DNA from: Candidatus Woesearchaeota archaeon
GTDB taxonomy: Archaea > Nanobdellota > Nanobdellia > Woesearchaeales > JACPBO01
NCBI GenBank assembly: GCA_016180285.1
Contig: JACPBO010000008.1
Coordinates: forward strand, 1 to 32,823
Reading direction: 5' to 3'
DNA length: 32,823 bases
In this document: one piece after another, positions 26,991 to 32,823 of the stretch
Layout of the letters: each line of letters opens with the position of its first letter
Position numbering within the stretch: position 1 is the stretch's first letter
Made by a program: the position numbers and the translations under genes
The notes under the pieces: generated by a model
The model's database searches: none
The model's input: the letters and a program-made list of their open reading frames with translations, nothing else
Told to the model about the DNA's origin: nothing

Positions 26991-27083
26991 TTTAAATAGT
27001 TTGTGGATTTGTATTTATCAAATAAAAAGAACAAAATCACAAGTTTATGTCAATATTTAACGAGATTCTACTCTTTCAAACAT

Positions 27084-27151
27084 AATTTTCCACATACAAA
27101 AAAGGTTGGCTTTCTGCCACCAGTAAAGACTGGATGGAAAATTCTGACATT
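27084..27151. repeat. Structured dispersed element, copy B
   Basis: aattttcca..aaaaaaggttggctttctgccaccagtaaagactggatggaaaattctgacatt aligns with the reverse complement of copy A (1042-1110). Confidence 0.8.
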
Positions 27152-27160
27152 TTTAATAGC

Positions 27161-28021
27161 TCAACCTACTTTCATTCGCTCTACGAATCCCAACAATATC
27201 GTATTATTTCTCAAATCGTATATTTCCGCAGCTGCTTTATCCGCCAATTCCTGCCTTTTTCTTTTTGAGCCCTCAATGCCATATGCGTCTATTGCAGTGA
27301 ATTTACCTAGTTTTTTATCTTGGCCATTGGGTTTTCCTGTATTTTTAGGTGTTCCTTCAACATCAATGACATCATCGTGCATAAGGTATGCAATTCCCAA
27401 TAATTCAGAGTACCTGCTGATTTTTGTCATTATTTCAGAGCCTGCATCTGAAAAGATTGCTCCAATTTCACCTGCTAATCTGTATATTGAAGATTTCAGC
27501 TTATGGGCATTTAGCAAGCTAGATTCATCTTTTACTTTGTAGCTAGTATCCAGTGATTGCCCATGAATCATGCTCTTTACAGCAGAAATGGCCGATTCCA
27601 AAGCCGGCCTTTTATTTGCTGCATTAAACAGCTCATATGCACGGCTTACCAAATAGGTCACTGCTAATTCCGCAATAGCATTGCCATATCTTATATGGCA
27701 GCAGTCCTTGCCTCTTCTAATATTGCTTTCATCCATGATATCATCATGAATCAAGGATGCCGAATGGATTAATTCTATTGCACATGCAGCATTTAGTATC
27801 TTTTTAGGAAGATATTTTTCCTGGCAATTTATTTTCAGTGTTCGGTAAGTTGCCAGTGTCAACAATGGCCTGCACCTATGGCCGCCATTCAATACAGTAT
27901 ATTTTGATGCCTCATTTGTTTCTTCGCCTAGGGCATCTTTATCTTGGTCAAGGATCTTTTCAAGCTCTATGTTTATTTTTTCTTTGTTCCTGGCAATAAA
28001 ATCATCTGTTGTTTGTGTCAT
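27161..28021 (-). CDS. Trans-polyprenyl diphosphate synthase family protein (atypical motifs)
   Basis: GGHRCRP, FARM LIHDDIMD....RRG, GQSLD, SARM HDDVID and GKPNGQD motifs. Confidence 0.9.
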   Translation of the reverse strand: MTQTTDDFIARNKEKINIELEKILDQDKDALGEETNEASKYTVLNGGHRCRPLLTLATYRTLKINCQEKYLPKKILNAACAIELIHSASLIHDDIMDESNIRRGKDCCHIRYGNAIAELAVTYLVSRAYELFNAANKRPALESAISAVKSMIHGQSLDTSYKVKDESSLLNAHKLKSSIYRLAGEIGAIFSDAGSEIMTKISRYSELLGIAYLMHDDVIDVEGTPKNTGKPNGQDKKLGKFTAIDAYGIEGSKRKRQELADKAAAEIYDLRNNTILLGFVERMKVG

Positions 28022-28591
28022 TCACTTCCTCTTAAAATACATATTTAAAACTCTCTTAAGCTGGTCTGTATCAACTTCAGTTTGCCCATCAAATTGCCTT
28101 GATGATTTGCCATTCATCTTGCATTCCCCATAATTTGTTATTAAAAATGCAAGCAGCGGAGCATTATATTTTTCTATAAAATAATGAGCATCATTTTTAT
28201 TTGCTGTCAACTCTCTTGGGCAGCACAATGCTATGCAAAGGTCCAAAGAGTTAGCCTTATTTTTTTCATGAAAGTCATCTATGGCGCATTGGATATCTTC
28301 AAAGTCTACAACAAAGTAGAAAGGAATATTCTTTTCCTGCAATATTTCACAAATGGTTTTTGTTTGATAGTCATTGCAGCTGTCTGATAAAAAATCACAA
28401 TCTTTTTTCCTTCTGTAGAGGCAGTCTGGTTTTTTTATACAAAATCCCAATAGCGCAATCGGATTTCTTGAAGTGTACACTGATGCAGAATTCCCGCCCA
28501 ATACATAAACGCCTCTTTCTATTTTATCTATGTCAGCTAATTTCTTCCATTCTTTTTCAAATCTTAATATGTCTTGTTTATTTTCTCTCAT
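28022..28591 (-). CDS. Cys-rich DUF116-like protein
   Basis: LLGFC....C......C.....C, IALCCPREL and GECK...TEVD patterns; abuts the prenyl synthase start. Confidence 0.55.
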   Translation of the reverse strand: MRENKQDILRFEKEWKKLADIDKIERGVYVLGGNSASVYTSRNPIALLGFCIKKPDCLYRRKKDCDFLSDSCNDYQTKTICEILQEKNIPFYFVVDFEDIQCAIDDFHEKNKANSLDLCIALCCPRELTANKNDAHYFIEKYNAPLLAFLITNYGECKMNGKSSRQFDGQTEVDTDQLKRVLNMYFKRK

Positions 28592-28623
28592 TTCATTCTT
28601 CTTCCATCATAACTAAACTGCAT
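28588..28623 (-). CDS. Candidate 11-aa upstream ORF MQFSYDGRRMK
   Basis: GAGGAG SD 8 nt upstream; its TGA overlaps the next ATG (ATGA). Confidence 0.35.
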   Translation of the reverse strand: MQFSYDGRRMK

Positions 28624-28726
28624 ATTATTAACTCCTCGAGGATAGTCAAAACTATATTAAATAGTATTGGCTATTTTTTTATCTTTTACGTAAAATTTAT
28701 ATATTCAATGAGTATTTAGTAAATAA

Positions 28727-29785
28727 ATGACAGAATTTGCCTGCAAAACAACAGAAGTAGATTACATAGAAAAGCCAAAAATTGATCTGAAAGACAAAAA
28801 AATACTTTCTGTTCTGAGCAAAAATTGCAGGCTTGCTGCAACTCAAATTGGAAGATTAGTGGGCTTATCAAAAGAGGTTGTGCGCTATAGGATTAAAAAT
28901 TTAGAGAAAAAAGGGTTGATAAGAGGGTATATAACAATCATCAATCCTGCCAAGCTGGGGCTTCAGATTTTTATTGTCTATTTGCAGATGCAGAACCTTT
29001 CTGAAGCAAAAGAGGATGAGGTGATTCGCAAGCTGATTGCCCATCCTGCAACTCATTACATTCTTAAATGCCTCGGAAAATATGACATCATATTTGACAT
29101 ATTCGCAAAATCCATTAATGAATTTGATGCAATCTTAAGGGCATTGCTGAATGAATTCAGACCATATGTCAAGCATTATGAAATCAGCACTATACTTGAT
29201 GTCCCTAAATATGCCCATCTGGCCGAATCCTTTTCAAAAGGCATGATATTTGGGCCGATAAAGCATATCGGAGACTCATCTTTCATGAAAGAGCTGCAGC
29301 ATTTAAAGATAGACTACGTGCAGACGCCAGTCAACTTAGATGAAAAAGACCTGCAAATAATCAGCCTTCTTTCAAACAACTCCGCGCTGCAATTAAAACA
29401 GGCAGAAGAGAAAATCAGAATATCCGGAGATAGCGTAAAATATAGGATTAAAAAATTAATCGAGCAAAATGTAATTATAGGATTTTTTCCTATAATAAAC
29501 CTATCAATGCTGGGTTATCATACTCACGGCATATTAATAGAACTCAATAATCTGGCATTCGAAGAAAAAAATAAGATCCTTAATTATCTGGCAGCTCACC
29601 CAGATGTTATCTTCTGCCTTAAGACAACCGGCCAATATGAAATTGCCATCAATGTAAGCGTCACTAACAATCTTCACCTTAATGCGTTCATTAATGAGCT
29701 GAAACAAAAATTTCCTGAACAAATCAATACGATAGATATATTCCTGATCATAAGAGATTATAAAATTGCCTTTTTGCCAGGCTAA
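28727..29785 (+). CDS. Tandem (double) Lrp/AsnC-family regulator
   Basis: Two HTH+RAM repeats: DLKDKKILSVL...VRYRIKNLEKKGLI and LDEKDLQII...VKYRIKKLIEQNVI. Confidence 0.88.
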   Translation: MTEFACKTTEVDYIEKPKIDLKDKKILSVLSKNCRLAATQIGRLVGLSKEVVRYRIKNLEKKGLIRGYITIINPAKLGLQIFIVYLQMQNLSEAKEDEVIRKLIAHPATHYILKCLGKYDIIFDIFAKSINEFDAILRALLNEFRPYVKHYEISTILDVPKYAHLAESFSKGMIFGPIKHIGDSSFMKELQHLKIDYVQTPVNLDEKDLQIISLLSNNSALQLKQAEEKIRISGDSVKYRIKKLIEQNVIIGFFPIINLSMLGYHTHGILIELNNLAFEEKNKILNYLAAHPDVIFCLKTTGQYEIAINVSVTNNLHLNAFINELKQKFPEQINTIDIFLIIRDYKIAFLPG

Positions 29786-29909
29786 ATCATATTGTTGCTT
29801 AATTTCAATGTGTTTCGTAAATAAGTTCATAGTTCTTATCGATGCATAATTTTTTCGACACATTTAAATATACTATTCATGCAGTCCTGCATATAGCGAG
29901 GTGATCATA

Positions 29910-30242
29910 GTGGAAACAGACAATAGCGAAGCAAATCCCAGTTTGCAGCTGGGCGGCAACATAGAGCTTAGCGGATTTTCGGGCATTGATTTTGCGACAA
30001 TGGTTGTTCTCAAGAAGATCGTAGGCAATCATGCAAAAAGATTTTCTGAAATATGCCCTAAGTTTGAGAAGCTGCATTTGAACCTTAAAAAAGTGCATCA
30101 CACGGAAGGCAGCGACAAGTTTGAGATCAGCGGCACAGTTGTTGACAATGGAGCGCATTATAATGCAGAGTCCATAGAAAGAAACCTGTTTGTGACAATA
30201 GACAAGGTTTTGAAGAAGATTGAGAGCGAGATTAAGAAGTAG
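29910..30242 (+). CDS. HPF/RaiA-like small protein (putative ribosome hibernation fold)
   Basis: Apparent beta-alpha-beta-beta-beta-alpha pattern ending in NLFVTIDKVLKKIESEI; GAGGTGA SD before GTG 29910. Confidence 0.5.
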   Translation: METDNSEANPSLQLGGNIELSGFSGIDFATMVVLKKIVGNHAKRFSEICPKFEKLHLNLKKVHHTEGSDKFEISGTVVDNGAHYNAESIERNLFVTIDKVLKKIESEIKK

Positions 30243-30379
30243 CTTGTTTGTTTTTGTTTCTTATTTTTTTTATTGAAAACAATATATTTTTTACCGCAGA
30301 ATATTCGCCAATATTTTTTCTATTGATAAAATATATAATGGTATTCAAAAATCTTTAAACTGAAAAAAGGTGATAAAAT

Positions 30380-31468
30380 ATGAAAACAACAATCTCGGTG
30401 ATAAAAGCGGACATTGGCGGCTTAGTTGGGCATTCCAGATCGCACCCTGAAATTCTTGAAATGGCAAAAAGCATTCTTAAGGAAAAAAATGAGCTTACTG
30501 ACTTTCATGTTACAAACTGCGGCGATGACCTTGAGCTGATAATGACCCACAATAAAGGTGTTGAAAATCCATTAATACATGGCATTGCATGGAATGTTTT
30601 TGAAGAAGGCACAAAGCTTGCAAAGCAGCTTAAGCTTTATGGGGCTGGCCAGGATTTATTGAAAGACAGCTTTTCAGGAAATATAAAAGGAATGGGCCCA
30701 GGTGTTGCTGAACTGGAGTTTGAGGAGCGCGAATCAGAGCCCATTATAATTTTCATGGCTGATAAGACAGAGCCAGGAGCATGGAATCTGCCGCTTTATA
30801 AGATATTTGCTGATCCTTTCTCGACATCTGGCTTGGTTATTGACCCAAAACTCCATCATGGCTTTACATTCGAAGTACATGATGTTGTGAAGCACAAGAC
30901 CGTCATGTTCAGGCTGCCTGAGGACACATACAGCATGCTTGCATTGATTGGCCAGCCAGGGCGGTTTGTGATAAAAAGGGTGTTCAGGAATTTTGATAAT
31001 GAAATTGCGGCTGTTAGCTCCATTGAAAGATTGAGCTTGATGGCAGGAAGGTATGTTGGGAAGGATGACCCTGTTTTAATTACAAGAGCGCAGTCTGGAT
31101 TTCCTGCAGTTGGCGAGCTCTTAGAGCCATTCACACACGCGCATCTGGTAGCTGGCTGGATGCGCGGCTCTCATCATGGCCCTTTAATGCCTGTTGCATT
31201 GAAGCACGCAAATCCTACAAGGTTTGACGGCCCTCCAAGGGTTATTGCATTGGGATTTCAGCTGAACAATGGGAAGCTGGGCCATATTGTAGATATGTTT
31301 GATGACCCTAGTTTTGACCAGGCAAGAAGGAAGGCGGGAATAATTGCAGATTATATGAAGATACACGGGCCTTTCGAGCCGGCAAGATTAAGCGCAGATG
31401 AGATGGAATATACGACACTGCCTGGCGTGATGGAAAAGATTAATGAAAGATGGAAAGAAGAATCCTAA
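30380..31468 (+). CDS. fbp: Fructose-1,6-bisphosphate aldolase/phosphatase (class V)
   Basis: SVIKADIGG..GH, GDD, LYGAGQDLL, YVGKDDP, GWMRGSH and EMEYT motifs. Confidence 0.98.
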   Translation: MKTTISVIKADIGGLVGHSRSHPEILEMAKSILKEKNELTDFHVTNCGDDLELIMTHNKGVENPLIHGIAWNVFEEGTKLAKQLKLYGAGQDLLKDSFSGNIKGMGPGVAELEFEERESEPIIIFMADKTEPGAWNLPLYKIFADPFSTSGLVIDPKLHHGFTFEVHDVVKHKTVMFRLPEDTYSMLALIGQPGRFVIKRVFRNFDNEIAAVSSIERLSLMAGRYVGKDDPVLITRAQSGFPAVGELLEPFTHAHLVAGWMRGSHHGPLMPVALKHANPTRFDGPPRVIALGFQLNNGKLGHIVDMFDDPSFDQARRKAGIIADYMKIHGPFEPARLSADEMEYTTLPGVMEKINERWKEES

Positions 31469-31591
31469 GCATCTCGGCGTAATTTTTACAAATATATATC
31501 ATATCTCCAATAGTGATAAAATATCTTTCTTATTGTTAAAAAATATATATTAATTATGCCATACCCTAGAATATTCATGGAGTGGGACAAA

Positions 31592-32056
31592 ATGTTTTCA
31601 AAAAAAGACGTGGAAATCCTTTCGCATCTGAGGAACAACGCAAGGAAGAGAATAACAAGCATAGCGAGGGAAACAAACATTCCGGCAACAACAATCTACG
31701 ATAAAGTGCGGATCCATGAAAAAAAGGGCTTGGTAAAGAAAAGCATAGCATTGCTGGATTTCAGCAAATTAGGATACTTAACAAATGCTCATTTCGCTGT
31801 CAGGGCAAAGAGGGATTCAAGAAAAAATCTGCAGGAGTTTTTGATGAGCCAGCCTAACATCAACTCGCTTTACAAGGTGGACTATGGATTTGACTTTTTG
31901 TTTGAGGCAGTTTTTAAGGACCTTGCTGATGCCGAGTCTTTCGCTGAAAAGCTGGAGGAAAATTTTGATGTTGAGGAAATAAAAAAATTCCATGTTATTG
32001 AGGAGCTGAAAAAAGAGGAGTTTTTGAGCAAGCCAGAGCATTTTGAGCTGGTTTGA
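31592..32056 (+). CDS. Lrp/AsnC-family transcriptional regulator
   Basis: KKDVEILSHLRNNAR...IARETNIPATTIYDKV; start uncertain (31556, 31577 or 31592). Confidence 0.88.
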   Translation: MFSKKDVEILSHLRNNARKRITSIARETNIPATTIYDKVRIHEKKGLVKKSIALLDFSKLGYLTNAHFAVRAKRDSRKNLQEFLMSQPNINSLYKVDYGFDFLFEAVFKDLADAESFAEKLEENFDVEEIKKFHVIEELKKEEFLSKPEHFELV

Positions 32057-32101
32057 TTGGATGGAAAATCAATTTAAGATAGCGGCAGCTATGGAGTAAA
32101 A

Positions 32102-32823
32102 ATGAAAAAAATAAAGGTCATTCAGTTCGGTGCAGGAGAAGTCGGATTCAGAAATGCTGTCTACATGAATGAAATGGACAACATAGAAGTTCTTGTTTGC
32201 GAGAAATTTTTTTCAAGCGAACTTAAGCTGCTTAATGAAAGAAAAATCCCGATTTTTGCCTCGGATAAAAAAGCATATGATGACTTAAAAAAGAACGGAA
32301 CAAAGTTAAAGGGCATTGTAACAGACTTAGCTGGCAGGATTGATGTTGCAGATGACGCAACAAAAGACGCAAAAGCAAATTTTCAGCTTTACAGGGAATT
32401 AGGCTGCCGTTATATAATCGGCAACGGCATGGAAAAACATAAAGATTTTGATGCGTCATTCAGCAGCTTGGGAAATTTCAATGAAGCAAGAGGCAAATAC
32501 AAAATAAGGGTTGTATCGTGCAATACGAATGGGCTGATACGTGTTTTAGATGCAATCAGCAAGGAATTCGGCTTAAAGGAGTATGAGGTTTTCCTGATCA
32601 GAAGAAGCACTGATCCCGGAAGGAAAGGCGCGGTTATCAATGATCTGGAATATTCGAGCGAGCCATCCCATCACGCAGAAGATGTTTCAACAGTAAGGCA
32701 TGATTTTAAAGGAACATCAACAGCAGCTGTCAGCTCTGTTAACAGGTACCATCTGCATGACATCTTAATTTATGTAAAAAAGATGCCGAAAAATGCAGAA
32801 CAGGTTTACAATGTTTTAGAAGC
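32102..32823 (+). CDS. gap: Archaeal type II glyceraldehyde-3-phosphate dehydrogenase (divergent; partial, runs off the window)
   Basis: Open frame MKKIKVIQFGAGEVG...IRVVSCNTNGL...IRRSTDP...PSHHAEDV. Not in the ORF track. Confidence 0.85.
   Translation, partial: MKKIKVIQFGAGEVGFRNAVYMNEMDNIEVLVCEKFFSSELKLLNERKIPIFASDKKAYDDLKKNGTKLKGIVTDLAGRIDVADDATKDAKANFQLYRELGCRYIIGNGMEKHKDFDASFSSLGNFNEARGKYKIRVVSCNTNGLIRVLDAISKEFGLKEYEVFLIRRSTDPGRKGAVINDLEYSSEPSHHAEDVSTVRHDFKGTSTAAVSSVNRYHLHDILIYVKKMPKNAEQVYNVLE

Noticed and set aside
26988..29870. 11-bp direct repeat acatttaaata flanking the prenyl/Lrp module as a target-site duplication
   Set aside because: It is the TATA-box context of both flanking genes, and the same 11-mer occurs at the unrelated promoter near 24315.
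32058..32069. tggatggaaaat as a third copy of the dispersed element
   Set aside because: Only a 12-nt match; the hairpins and the left arm are missing.
3136..32640. Numerous 60-180 aa ORFs antisense to or nested in real genes (e.g. 3372-3737, 11015-11347, 26459-26911, 27003-27542, 32232-32640)
   Set aside because: Shadow ORFs of well-supported genes, with no motifs or expression signals.

Overview
Archaeal chromosomal window, most likely DPANN/Woesearchaeota-like. This is inferred from aEF-1alpha/rps10, RpoK, the Pop5-PsmA-SBDS-Rrp4-Rrp41-Rrp42 superoperon, archaeal MetRS, class V FBP aldolase/phosphatase, type II GAPDH, TATA-driven leaderless genes and a tandem Lrp protein. Single accessory genes and small modules are interspersed among the core genes, and no integrase or transposase is visible. 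Highlights not shown by the ORF track: (1) the window opens with the 3' end of a bacterial-type Lgt (prolipoprotein diacylglyceryl transferase) gene, which overlaps a PlsC-like acyltransferase and lies about 2 kb from a lipobox (LAGC) heavy-metal-binding protein; (2) a ~70-bp structured non-coding element occurs twice, in opposite orientations (1043-1119 and 27084-27151), and the first copy sits in an array of bulged palindromes; (3) the last 24 codons of a flavin-reductase-like gene are duplicated at 56/72 nt identity around an orphan gene, consistent with an insertion that brought a replacement C-terminus; (4) an RHH-sugar-nucleotidyltransferase fusion has a tandem direct repeat between its TATA box and start codon; (5) a module of a double-Lrp regulator, an 11-codon uORF, a DUF116-like gene and an atypical polyprenyl synthase. 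No rRNA, tRNA or CRISPR array was seen. All family calls are from motif recognition by eye, not database searches.
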